Positions 1 through 8,757 of a DNA stretch of 27,207 nucleotides are shown piece after piece (positions within the stretch are counted from its first letter, which is position 1; each line of letters opens with the position of its first letter). Source of the DNA: a bacterium. GTDB taxonomy: Bacteria; Bdellovibrionota; FAC87; UBA2466. A program made the translations under genes and the position numbers. The notes beneath the pieces are model-generated. The model was not told where the DNA came from, ran no database searches, and saw nothing but the letters and a program-made list of their open reading frames with translations. The stretch lies in assembly GCA_022842225.1 (NCBI GenBank), contig JALHPX010000002.1, forward strand, positions 1 through 27,207, in the 5' to 3' direction.

Positions 1-2105
1 CCCGTTTTTGGATCGATTCGAGCATCGATGCCGGCGCGCTTAAAGCCATCGGAAAGTTTGGAGATAATGCGCCGACGGTGTTCGTCTCTTGATTGGATTG
101 CAGCCAACTGTCTAGAGAGGCCCTGGTTTTGAACATCTTTCTGAGCCGCCGCCGCCTTGGTTCCCGCTAGCTGACTTGCCATCAATTTCATTTCCGCATC
201 ATGCGCTTTTCGGTCGCTCTCGAGTTTCTCTCGGTATGCGGCTTCTCGCCCGGCGCGTTCGGCGGCTGTGAGCTTCTCCTTTGCAAGGCTAGCTTCAAAT
301 TGGCTACGCTCCTGAGCGAGCTTCTTTTGGTAACCTGCCTCGCGCGCCTTCATCTGGGCTTCACCCTTTGCTAAAGCTTCGCGCGACGCGGCCAGCTCTT
401 TTTCTTTCGACTCCACTTCGGCGCGAGTTCCTTCCAACGCCACTTTGGTTCCCGCTAGTTGCCCAGCCAAAGATTTCATTTCGGCGGCGTGTGCCTGGCG
501 GTCAGCTTCTAGCTTCTTGCGGTAAGCGGCCTCCTTGCCCGAACGCTCGGCTGCGGTGAGTTTCTGTTTGGCTAGATCCGACTCGAACTGCTCTCGCTCC
601 TGCGCTAGTTTTTGCTGGAAGGAAGATTCCAGATCTTTCATCTTTGCTTCGCGTTGGGCGATGGCTGCTTTTGCTCCGGCAATTTCTTTGTCTTTGGATT
701 TGATTTGCTCTCTGGAGCCTTGCAACTCCGAATTGAGCTTCTCCATTTGAGAGGCATATGCCTGCTTCTCCGCTTCGATCCGCTTGGCGTATTCTTTCTC
801 TTCCTGGACGCGCTGGGCAGCGGTCATCTTCTGCTTTTCTAAATTCGCTTCCATCCTGGCGCGTTCCTGATCCAGGCGAGCTTGGTGGGCCTGCTTGAGT
901 TCTTTAATGGATTGCTCGGTTTCCTTTTGCCGGGTGCGATACTCCGCTTCCAGCGCTGCAGTGGCGGCGCGGGTGTCCTCCAGCTCCTCCTGCTTCTGTT
1001 TAACCAGAGCACGAGTGCCTTCGACTTCTTTTTGTTTTTGCAGAATCTGAGCTTTGGTTCCCTCGAGCTGAGTGGAGAGCTGCGACATCTGCGTGTTGTA
1101 TTCCTTAATCTGTCCTTCTACTCGCTCTCGGTACTCACGTTCTTTTTCGATGCGGGCTTGTGCCGTCAGGTTAGCCTGCTCCAAGGATGCTTTGAGCGCT
1201 TTTCGCTCCTCAGACAGCTTCGCTTCATGCTGGAGTCGCAGTTGCTCCACCGTATTTTGATAGGCTTTTTGCTCTTCCTTCATTTGAGCAGCGATAACCT
1301 TTTTTTCCTGCTCCATCTGCGCCAGTTGATTTTGGCGTTCCTGCAAAATTGTTTGTTTTTGTTCCAGCTCTTTTGACGTTTGGTCGAGATCCTGCCGCGT
1401 GCTTACTAAAACCGCGGTGACCTTCTGATTTTGCTGACGAAGAGCAGCCACTTTCTTTTGGCTCTCTTCCTTCATTTTTTGGATCTCGCTCTCTAGTTTC
1501 TGTTTAGAACGAGCCTTGCTGCGATGAGCGTATTGAACTTCTTTGATGGATTGAGCGAGCTTGGCTTCGATGTTGGCAATCTCGCGATTGTTCTTTTCAA
1601 TCTCACTCTCGCGGCTTCGGATCTCGGTCTTTAGCTCGTTGATGCTCTCACTTTTCTTAGCAATGATTTGATCGCGGTTCTTCATTTCCGACTGAGCGAT
1701 CATGTTGGCGGTGATGATGTTTTTGATCATCGATTGATAGTGATTTAAGCCCTGCGCTTTTTTTGCCGTCTCCGCGGCTTCCTGTTGTAGCTTCTCCTTT
1801 TCAGCCGCCGCTTGCTGTTCCAATAGCTTCATCTGAGCCATTAGGTCCTTGTACATCTTCTTTTCCGACGAAGACGCGCCTTGTTGCAGGTACTTTTCCT
1901 TAAGAACTTCAAAAGCCTGAATCTGCTCTTCGAGTTCCTCGATTTTTTTCTCAGCCTTGGCGAGCTGCACGCGCTCCGTCATGGACGCGGTGGTTTGCCG
2001 CATGGTCGCAATGACATACATCATCAGGAAGAGCGTCGAGAGGACGGTGGCCAAGTCGGCATAAGACGGCCAAAAATCCTCGCCGCCGCCCGACTTCTTC
2101 TGCAT
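1..2105 (-). CDS. MotB/ZorB-like single-pass membrane protein with a very long coiled-coil; 3'-truncated by the window edge, probably ending in an OmpA-like domain
   Basis: Manual translation from ATG 2105: MQKKSGGGEDFWPSYADLATVLSTLFLMMYVIATMRQ. This is a MotB-type W-x-x-Y-A-D-L plug/TM motif, followed by ~650 aa of E/K/Q/A-rich heptads, ending at the edge with ...ISKLSDGFKRAGIDARIDPKTG. The frame stays open to base 1, so it is absent from the ORF track. Confidence 0.8.
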   Translation of the reverse strand, partial: MQKKSGGGEDFWPSYADLATVLSTLFLMMYVIATMRQTTASMTERVQLAKAEKKIEELEEQIQAFEVLKEKYLQQGASSSEKKMYKDLMAQMKLLEQQAAAEKEKLQQEAAETAKKAQGLNHYQSMIKNIITANMIAQSEMKNRDQIIAKKSESINELKTEIRSRESEIEKNNREIANIEAKLAQSIKEVQYAHRSKARSKQKLESEIQKMKEESQKKVAALRQQNQKVTAVLVSTRQDLDQTSKELEQKQTILQERQNQLAQMEQEKKVIAAQMKEEQKAYQNTVEQLRLQHEAKLSEERKALKASLEQANLTAQARIEKEREYRERVEGQIKEYNTQMSQLSTQLEGTKAQILQKQKEVEGTRALVKQKQEELEDTRAATAALEAEYRTRQKETEQSIKELKQAHQARLDQERARMEANLEKQKMTAAQRVQEEKEYAKRIEAEKQAYASQMEKLNSELQGSREQIKSKDKEIAGAKAAIAQREAKMKDLESSFQQKLAQEREQFESDLAKQKLTAAERSGKEAAYRKKLEADRQAHAAEMKSLAGQLAGTKVALEGTRAEVESKEKELAASREALAKGEAQMKAREAGYQKKLAQERSQFEASLAKEKLTAAERAGREAAYREKLESDRKAHDAEMKLMASQLAGTKAAAAQKDVQNQGLSRQLAAIQSRDEHRRRIISKLSDGFKRAGIDARIDPKT
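156..1570 (-). repeat. Intragenic tandem repeats (~89-114 aa) building the coiled-coil rod
   Basis: Units end in QLAGTK / QLAGTK / ELQGSR / QLEGTK / VLVSTR at about 156, 444, 711, 1053 and 1395 (spacing 288, 267, 342, 342 nt, all in frame). The two most distal units are similar at DNA level (ttggttcccgctag at 157 and 445; KLAQER.QFE..LAK.KLTAAER.G.EAAYR.KLE.DR.AH.AEMK). Confidence 0.8.
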
Positions 2106-2216
2106 TTTGTCGTAGTTAAGGCTCAATTCTATGCACCCCTGCAAAGGCAAGTATCGGTACATGCAGGGGAAATCTTTAGCGAAAGTGTATTTGGCCCGAT
2201 TTAGGGCGGGTTCGCA

Positions 2217-3227
2217 TCAACCTAGCCACTCGAGTAGTGGACCCATGGACTCCGTGAGCCCTTTATACTGACGGCTCTCTGGGTCCATCGTGCGCAAGGA
2301 GCTGCGTAAAAGATCACGCTGGGCAGGGTTATTGCGAATCGCTCGTCCATCGATGTAATAGACGCGGATAAAGAACAGCGCGGCCTGGGCTTGCGGCATC
2401 CCGACGGTCACTTGGCGCTCCAGTCGGAGGTAAAACGGACACTCCCCCTCGGGCACCGCTTGGAAACTCCGCCCTCGCCACTTGGCCGCCTCCCAACCAG
2501 GCGCGGGCTCCGGATGATGGTTCAGCCGATCATCGCTGCCAAATCCCCAGACAAAACGCACAAATGGCCCCTTTGAAATCATCGCGTGTACCATTGCGCG
2601 AGCAGCACGCGAAATCGGTTCTATATGGGGCACCGGCGAATGCGTTTGGGAAAATGTTTTACCTATCTTGTTTTCGGCGGCCCAATGACCGGGTGAGCAG
2701 AGGTGGATGGCGGATAGCCAATCACGGTCGTCTTGACGACGCACGACCGCGACGTCTTCGGAAATCTGATTCACCAGGGCGTCGAACGCCCCGGAGTAAG
2801 GCGGCACGATGGGTGCCGTGCCAGCAACGCCGGAAAGTACGTAACGCTTAAAGGTGAGAGTTTCTGAAGTCGGCGCGCAATCGAGACGTCCCGTTCCGTC
2901 TTCATCCCCGCGCCATTTAAAGAGTCGGGGGTATTCCTCCAGCAAAATTCCAATTATCTTGCGCGCGCAAATGGCCTCGATATCGGCATCAAATTCACTC
3001 GTCGCATAGTATTTGCCCAGCCTCTCCGCGCGACAGGCTAGTTTGTTTTCCTGGTAACGTGTGAACGTATTATCAATTTGAATGATCCGGGAGTCAGCCG
3101 GTCCATTGCCGAAATCCGTGCCGAGATTTTTTAATCCCGCCGTGACCTGGTAAATACCGCCTTCTACTGGAAAATAAAAAGCAGGTGGGGGCAAAAGTCC
3201 CGATTCCAACCAAGCTTTCGTGTCCAT
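2217..3227 (-). CDS. DUF3445 family / heme-dependent oxidative N-demethylase alpha-subunit-like protein
   Basis: Motifs QISEDVAVV, LSAIHLCSPGHWAAENKIGKTFSQTHSPVP, FVRFVWG and YLRLERQ match DUF3445. Start placed at ATG 3227 (GGAGGG 7 nt upstream) rather than the track's 3371. Confidence 0.75.
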   Translation of the reverse strand: MDTKAWLESGLLPPPAFYFPVEGGIYQVTAGLKNLGTDFGNGPADSRIIQIDNTFTRYQENKLACRAERLGKYYATSEFDADIEAICARKIIGILLEEYPRLFKWRGDEDGTGRLDCAPTSETLTFKRYVLSGVAGTAPIVPPYSGAFDALVNQISEDVAVVRRQDDRDWLSAIHLCSPGHWAAENKIGKTFSQTHSPVPHIEPISRAARAMVHAMISKGPFVRFVWGFGSDDRLNHHPEPAPGWEAAKWRGRSFQAVPEGECPFYLRLERQVTVGMPQAQAALFFIRVYYIDGRAIRNNPAQRDLLRSSLRTMDPESRQYKGLTESMGPLLEWLG

Positions 3228-3443
3228 CCCGTCACCCTCCCCATCTGCCCTAGCTTTTACCTCATTCGTTCCATTCTGAACACTTTTCGGCCGTGGTAAC
3301 AGATGGTTCCTTTTTCTGAAACACCCGCTTCGTCGCCTGTTGACCGCCCGATGACAGAACACTAACCCCAAATTAGGGAGCCGGGTTTGAGCTATTGCTT
3401 TTTCGGCCCTGTTGGAAGTTCCGCATCGTCGTTTGGGGGAATC

Positions 3444-6400
3444 ATGTTTAGGCTACTAGCCACCGTCACGCTCTGCTCAGTCCTATTTGGCCAATCACCT
3501 TCCCTTGCTTCACTGAACGACGACTCCGTCGACAAAGAAGCTTACGAACAAAGACTTGCCGCTCTGTCGCAGCAGCTTTCGGAGGCACGCAAAAATGCAG
3601 ACGAAAAGGCGCGGAGTCTGCTTTCAAGAACAAACGAAAAGGACCAGGCAAAACTGGACCTCGACCGCATCTCCAGTGTGACCCAAATAAAAAAGACGAG
3701 TCTAGGCTCTTTGCAGAACGCAAACGCCTCAATCGCCACGGAAATCGCTGAAAACAAGAAGCGCATTATCGCCCAAGAAGGTGCCGCGACTACCCTTTCC
3801 GCTCAAATCAATTCCCTGGTGGCCAAGGAGAAGCAGGCTGGCGAAGACCAGCGGTCCGCAGCGGACGATGCCGACCTGGCGACGAAGGCAGTGAATACCC
3901 AAAACGCGAACTTGGCCGATATCCAGAAAGAGATAACCGACAATCAGACGCAGATAAGCCGCAATGACACACTCATTGCCGAGAACGAAACCCAGCTGGC
4001 AACCTCGCAATCGGAGCTGACGGATTTGGAGGAACAAGAGCGACAGCTGCTTGCCGAAAAAAGCGATATCCAGCAACAGCAAAAGGACTTACGCAATGAT
4101 ATGGACGATATCGATCGCGCGTTTCGATCCTTGCAGAAGCAAATCGCCGACAACGATCTAATCGTGCAGAAAGCGTCAGACGCTTTGCAAATGAAGGACG
4201 AATCCATTGCGGGAATCGAGCGCACACTTGAGGAGCAAAAGCGAAAGCTCGCAGATGCGAACGATAAACTGGGTAAGGAAACTCAAAAGTCTGCCGCCAT
4301 TGCCAAGGCAATTGAAGAACTGAGGAAGAAGCAATCGACGGAGAATACGAATCTAAAGGCAATCGACATTGAAAACGAAAGTTTGACCGAATCCATCACA
4401 CAATCAAACGCCGAAATCGCTTCCATCGATTCTCAGCTGGAAAATGTAAAAACCCAGATCGCCGAGGTTCAATCCAAATTAAAGGATGCCACTGACAAAG
4501 GGCCGCTTGAAGAGCGGCTAATGGAGTTAAAGGCAAAGCAGACCGAACTAGCGGCCTCTCTAAAGACCCAGCGCGATTTGCTGGCGAAAGACAAGGCAGC
4601 TCGCACGGCCCTAATTGGTAAAAAAGCAGAAGTGAAATTGCGACTCGTCGACATCGACAACCAAGCCGCCCAGAAAGCAGACGAACAAACTGCTATTGCT
4701 CAAGTCATCGGTGCAGCCGCTAAAGAGGAGCAAGCGGCTAAAGTGGCTCTCGATGCATCCAGCCGTTCTCTGGACAAAGCCAAGACCGATTTGGTCGCCG
4801 CCAAAGCAGAGGCAGAGAGGTTGTATAGCATTCAGGACAAGTTAGATGAGCGCTGGCAGGAGTTAGACGGGTTTCAAGATTTACTGGCTAAGAAGGGCCC
4901 GTTTTTAAGTACAGTCTTAATTTCCTTAAATGCATCGCTTCGTATCGTTCAAGACGAAGCGCTTCCCAAGGTTCAAAGCGCGGAGACAACAGCAAAGCAG
5001 CTCTTGGCAGATTTAACCGCGACGCACCAACAACTGTTGGCCGAAGGGCGCAAACTCCAGAGAGAAAAGACGGACAACACAACGTCGCTTGCGGAATACC
5101 AGCGTCAATCCGGTTTGCGAGCTGCGGAATTAAAAGCGGCCGAGAGAATTGTAACGGAGACGAGAAACTCCCTTCTCGTTGCACGCCAAACCTTGGCTGG
5201 AATTAATGCCGAAGTGGCTTCGCTTAGGACTTCGATTGCCGACCGAGATGCACTGATCGCCAAAAACCAAATCGCCATCAAAGTAGCAATCGACGAGATC
5301 AGTAAGCTTGACGGCCAAATCGTTGCTCAAACGAAGGTCCTCAATGATGCGCAACTCGCGGAGAAATGGGCACGCGATATTTGGGAGCCGCTCGAACAGG
5401 CGGCCGTTGCCGCCGCAAAAGCCACCGACGAGGCAAAAACCCTCCTCGCCAGTCGTATTGCGGCCTACCAAAAAGCACTGGCTGATGTGGTGCAAAAAGC
5501 AGCTAAAGACGCACAAGGTCCCGGAGCAACCGAGGGTCTCTCTGGTGGTGCGCCGGGTTCCATTGCTGGAGCCCTTGCGGGTGAAATAAGCTGGAAACAG
5601 GAAGGTAGCTCGCAATTGCGTGCGGCCGAGTTTGCAAAAGCCTTTGATGTCGCTCGAGCCCAGGCGGTGAGTGCCAATGTAATCGCCGATATTCGCGAGA
5701 ACTCTGCACAGCAGGCCGAACGAATTGCCAACGTTTCTCTGCAAGCTTCGTTTGATGCGGGAATAAAGCGAGGCAAGGCAGACGGAATGAAATCTGGCAT
5801 CTTGCTGGGTGATACTGCCGAAGCGGAGAAACGCGGGTACGACGCGGGATACGCGGTGGGAAAGCGGCGCGTTGAATCCGAAATGGAGCAGGCACTGCGC
5901 AAAGTAAATTACCAACAGCGTGAAGCCGAGATTCTTAAAGATGATCCGCCGGTCATCCCACCTACCCGCGAAAAGCGCGATGCAACGAAAGAACAAGCTG
6001 CCTATTTCGGGGTTTCCCACTTGCTGCGCCTCTTTCAAGTGACTGAGGCAGTGGCGGCCGATGGCCTGGGTGTCATTCCCGCTTCGCAAGTGCCAAAGGT
6101 TACTTATAGTGGCAGGAAGTACCTCGATAGCGGCCTTAAGCCTTTCCACGCAGATTTTGCGGGTGTGTACCGAGCGGCTTACGACGAAGCGTACTCCAAA
6201 GCCTATACCGCCTCGTATCTCGATAGCTACCGCACTCAATTTGTAAAAGCGCACGGCGACGCGTTTGCCGCGGCTAAAGCCAAATCATTGCAAGACGGCT
6301 TTGCAGACGAAGTAAAAAAAGGAACAGAGGCCGGGACAAAGGACGGATTATTCGAAGCGCTTGGTTACAATGCGGGTCGGGACGCCGGATTGATTGAAGG

Positions 6401-7265
6401 AAAGAAAAAAGGCGAATTAACCGCCCTCGAACGCGGCAAATCGGCGGGCGATGCTCAAGGCTACAAGGACAACCAAGAGCCGGCCCGACTCGCTGCTATT
6501 GCGAACGGTCGAGCGGATTGCGACTCCGTCTATCGCAACAGCGTGCGACTTGTCGCTAAAACGCCCAATCTCTCGCTCGTGGAAGAAGTAGCAAACAAGC
6601 GAATCGAGCTAAACGAAAAACTAAGCTGGGGCGGTACTCTAAGAAACTTTGGGGGGACGCGTGCCGAAAAGGCTACGGTGACGATTCAAGTCGATGCCGC
6701 GAGCATCCGGGGCGTTAAATTCGACAAAAACACCATCACGCTTGCCGCGGTGGAAGCAAACTCCGAGGTGGAGTTCTCCAATCTACTAACGGGCGTGGTA
6801 ACGCCCGACTCCCAGGTCGCGTTTAAGGCAGGAGTCTTTTACGATTCTAAAAAAGTGGCGGAGTTTGCCTTTACGCAGGAGATTTACGCGCCTTTTCTGG
6901 TCAGTTTCTCAGACTATTACTACGCGACAAAATCGATGCGCGTAGGCGATGTCGGTAGAGGCAATGGCTATCTCAATGCAGTGCGCGTTAAGAGCTTGGG
7001 GGATGCCAAGCTGCTAGACGATCTCAAGGTTGCAATTAGCTTGGCCGATGCCAGCGTGGGAAAAACCAGCTGGTACCAAACAACGGGAGAGTTCGTCGCG
7101 CTAGACGAGAAAGCTACCGATGGTACTCGGTTCAAAGGATTTTTCTTAAATGCCGCGGCATCCGCTGGTCTGGCGAAAAATAAAATCCGAGTCCGTCTGC
7201 AAAATAAACTTGGGCAAATCGTCTTCGACAAAATTGTCGACGCTCCGGTGGAGGTGAGACAGTGA
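3444..7265 (+). CDS. Giant secreted coiled-coil protein with GxxxG/YxxA repeat stalk and C-terminal beta-sandwich-like domains
   Basis: ATG 3444 after GGGGGA; N-terminal signal peptide MFRLLATVTLCSVLFGQSPSLA; ~680 aa of heptads; Gly-periodic helical repeats; beta-rich C-terminus (LSWGGTLRNFGG...VTIQV). No enzyme motif recognised. Confidence 0.75.
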   Translation: MFRLLATVTLCSVLFGQSPSLASLNDDSVDKEAYEQRLAALSQQLSEARKNADEKARSLLSRTNEKDQAKLDLDRISSVTQIKKTSLGSLQNANASIATEIAENKKRIIAQEGAATTLSAQINSLVAKEKQAGEDQRSAADDADLATKAVNTQNANLADIQKEITDNQTQISRNDTLIAENETQLATSQSELTDLEEQERQLLAEKSDIQQQQKDLRNDMDDIDRAFRSLQKQIADNDLIVQKASDALQMKDESIAGIERTLEEQKRKLADANDKLGKETQKSAAIAKAIEELRKKQSTENTNLKAIDIENESLTESITQSNAEIASIDSQLENVKTQIAEVQSKLKDATDKGPLEERLMELKAKQTELAASLKTQRDLLAKDKAARTALIGKKAEVKLRLVDIDNQAAQKADEQTAIAQVIGAAAKEEQAAKVALDASSRSLDKAKTDLVAAKAEAERLYSIQDKLDERWQELDGFQDLLAKKGPFLSTVLISLNASLRIVQDEALPKVQSAETTAKQLLADLTATHQQLLAEGRKLQREKTDNTTSLAEYQRQSGLRAAELKAAERIVTETRNSLLVARQTLAGINAEVASLRTSIADRDALIAKNQIAIKVAIDEISKLDGQIVAQTKVLNDAQLAEKWARDIWEPLEQAAVAAAKATDEAKTLLASRIAAYQKALADVVQKAAKDAQGPGATEGLSGGAPGSIAGALAGEISWKQEGSSQLRAAEFAKAFDVARAQAVSANVIADIRENSAQQAERIANVSLQASFDAGIKRGKADGMKSGILLGDTAEAEKRGYDAGYAVGKRRVESEMEQALRKVNYQQREAEILKDDPPVIPPTREKRDATKEQAAYFGVSHLLRLFQVTEAVAADGLGVIPASQVPKVTYSGRKYLDSGLKPFHADFAGVYRAAYDEAYSKAYTASYLDSYRTQFVKAHGDAFAAAKAKSLQDGFADEVKKGTEAGTKDGLFEALGYNAGRDAGLIEGKKKGELTALERGKSAGDAQGYKDNQEPARLAAIANGRADCDSVYRNSVRLVAKTPNLSLVEEVANKRIELNEKLSWGGTLRNFGGTRAEKATVTIQVDAASIRGVKFDKNTITLAAVEANSEVEFSNLLTGVVTPDSQVAFKAGVFYDSKKVAEFAFTQEIYAPFLVSFSDYYYATKSMRVGDVGRGNGYLNAVRVKSLGDAKLLDDLKVAISLADASVGKTSWYQTTGEFVALDEKATDGTRFKGFFLNAAASAGLAKNKIRVRLQNKLGQIVFDKIVDAPVEVRQ

Positions 7266-7738
7266 GTAAGTTGTGGGTAATGCTGGCTGTGACATTAAGT
7301 TGTATCGTCGTCGACGCGGAGCCACCCGCAAGGTCGGGCCGCGACGGAGGTCGTGAAGCAAATCGCGGCGATCGACGCACCCATCGTCCGGGGAGCCACT
7401 TTAAGCAGGCAGAAATTGAAAGTCTTATCTCCAAACTTTGCAAAGAAATCGCAATTTACCGCACTTCGTGCGCTGGAATTGCCGAGTTCTCAAGCTTCTC
7501 CAGAGATTTGCAAAATTTTGGCAGCACCCTTAGCGGGCTAAAGTCGGGACTCGGGCGAGGATTTGAGAGCTGCGGTCCTGATCTGAGACGGGCGATTCGG
7601 GAATACGAAATTTTGGACCAAACCTTTCAGTCGTCGTTATCCACTCACAAAAATTACAAAGTGCGTTTAGGTTGGTCTAAAATCAAAACGGCTTATCTAA
7701 GATTTAACTTTGCTGCCACGGGTGGTCGATCGCTCTAA
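7262..7738 (+). CDS. Hypothetical secreted alpha-helical protein
   Basis: GTGA overlap with the upstream stop codon suggests translational coupling; hydrophobic N-terminus MSKLWVMLAVTLSCIVVDA. Confidence 0.6.
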   Translation: MSKLWVMLAVTLSCIVVDAEPPARSGRDGGREANRGDRRTHRPGSHFKQAEIESLISKLCKEIAIYRTSCAGIAEFSSFSRDLQNFGSTLSGLKSGLGRGFESCGPDLRRAIREYEILDQTFQSSLSTHKNYKVRLGWSKIKTAYLRFNFAATGGRSL

Positions 7739-7791
7739 AGCCGCCTTGGCACCGGTAGCCTATAGTGAGCGTTGAAGGATTTTGAATCAAA

Positions 7792-8268
7792 ATGGCAACG
7801 AGAGTGATGAGCGTCAGCCACTCAAATTGTATTTTCCGATTTTTGTTATTTATTATTGCTGTAAACGTGGTTGGGTCGCAGGCCATAGCGGCAACCAAAT
7901 TTGAGTGTTCTGAAGATTCCACGGCTGGCACGACCGCTGACAATAAAGGTCCGGCACTTCATTGGACTTACCTTATTGTGCCCGCGGGCCCCGATGCCGC
8001 AGAAGTTTCTATCGATGGCTTCCAGACATCCATTAAACTAGAGGCCACTACTGCGAAAAAGGCGAAGGGAACCTCTTACATTTTCAGTAAGTATGCTCCA
8101 GATACAATCCACTCTCGCCCTGAAATCAAAAAAGGTAAGGAACTATTCATCGTATCAAATACCAAGAGTGGCGGTTTTCAACTTTCCTTTAGGACGCTAA
8201 AGCCCAATTTGGACCAGACTACTATCGAATGCCAAGCGATCGAGTCTCCGGCCGCGGAGAAGCGTTAG
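7792..8268 (+). CDS. Hypothetical secreted beta-rich protein
   Basis: 158-aa ORF with a signal-like stretch (FRFLLFIIAVNVVGSQAIA) and Cys near both ends of the mature part. The true start may be the ATG at 7807. Confidence 0.6.
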   Translation: MATRVMSVSHSNCIFRFLLFIIAVNVVGSQAIAATKFECSEDSTAGTTADNKGPALHWTYLIVPAGPDAAEVSIDGFQTSIKLEATTAKKAKGTSYIFSKYAPDTIHSRPEIKKGKELFIVSNTKSGGFQLSFRTLKPNLDQTTIECQAIESPAAEKR

Positions 8269-8319
8269 CACCTACTGCAAGAAAGTCCGTCCTGTGGCTA
8301 CCCGTGATGTTCCTCAAGC

Positions 8320-8757
8320 TTAAAACGTTTCGAGAAAATGCGCGCCTTCGGCCGAAACAGAGAAACGTAGCGTGTGGGTAAACACAGGAGCTTGAGTTGA
8401 CCAACGACTGGGCCATTCGACGAAGACGTAGCCTTTTTGGGATTCGGCGCGTTCGACCGCATCCCAGAATCCGATTTCGACGAGTTGCTGCTCGTTTACT
8501 TTCTCCAGGCGGTACCAGTCGAAGTGTTCCACGCACGGATTGAGATCGTAGGATTGGTGGAGCACAAAAGTTGGACTGATGATGCGAGGGACTGGCTGGG
8601 AAGTTTTTCGGCAAAGTGCCTCAATGAACAACCGTACAAAGGTCGTTTTGCCAGCACCCAACTCACCTTCGAGTGCCACCACGCCGCCGTTCGGCCAGGC
8701 TACTAAGCACTGCTCCGCAAACTGTTGCAGCGAATTTAAATCAGGCAACGCGCGCAT
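8320..8757 (-). CDS. tsaE: tRNA threonylcarbamoyladenosine biosynthesis ATPase TsaE (YjeE)
   Basis: VVALEGELGAGKTTF (Walker A), SPTFVLHQSY, HFDWYRL, VEWP. Confidence 0.95.
   Translation of the reverse strand: MRALPDLNSLQQFAEQCLVAWPNGGVVALEGELGAGKTTFVRLFIEALCRKTSQPVPRIISPTFVLHQSYDLNPCVEHFDWYRLEKVNEQQLVEIGFWDAVERAESQKGYVFVEWPSRWSTQAPVFTHTLRFSVSAEGAHFLETF

Noticed and set aside
368-2204. Plus-strand ORFs (e.g. 882-1376, 1881-2204) rich in L/F
   Set aside because: Antisense shadows of the E/K/Q-rich coiled-coil gene on the minus strand; their hydrophobicity is the expected codon mirror.
1-3227. Calling this a Zorya defence system
   Set aside because: Only a B-type TM motif is visible; no zorA, zorC, zorD or zorE in the window.
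3228-3443. Track starts at 3371 (-) and 3387 (+); possible TTGACC promoter at 3340
   Set aside because: Extensions lack SDs and look non-coding, while the downstream ATGs have good SDs. The -10 at the correct spacing (TAACCC) is too poor to call.
3444-5500. SMC/chromosome-segregation or tape-measure annotation for the giant coiled coil
   Set aside because: No Walker A/B or hinge motif, it has a signal peptide, and there are no phage genes nearby.
5130-6254. 374-aa minus-strand ORF inside the giant gene
   Set aside because: Fully antisense to a coherent CDS, with no recognisable motif or SD; typical shadow ORF.
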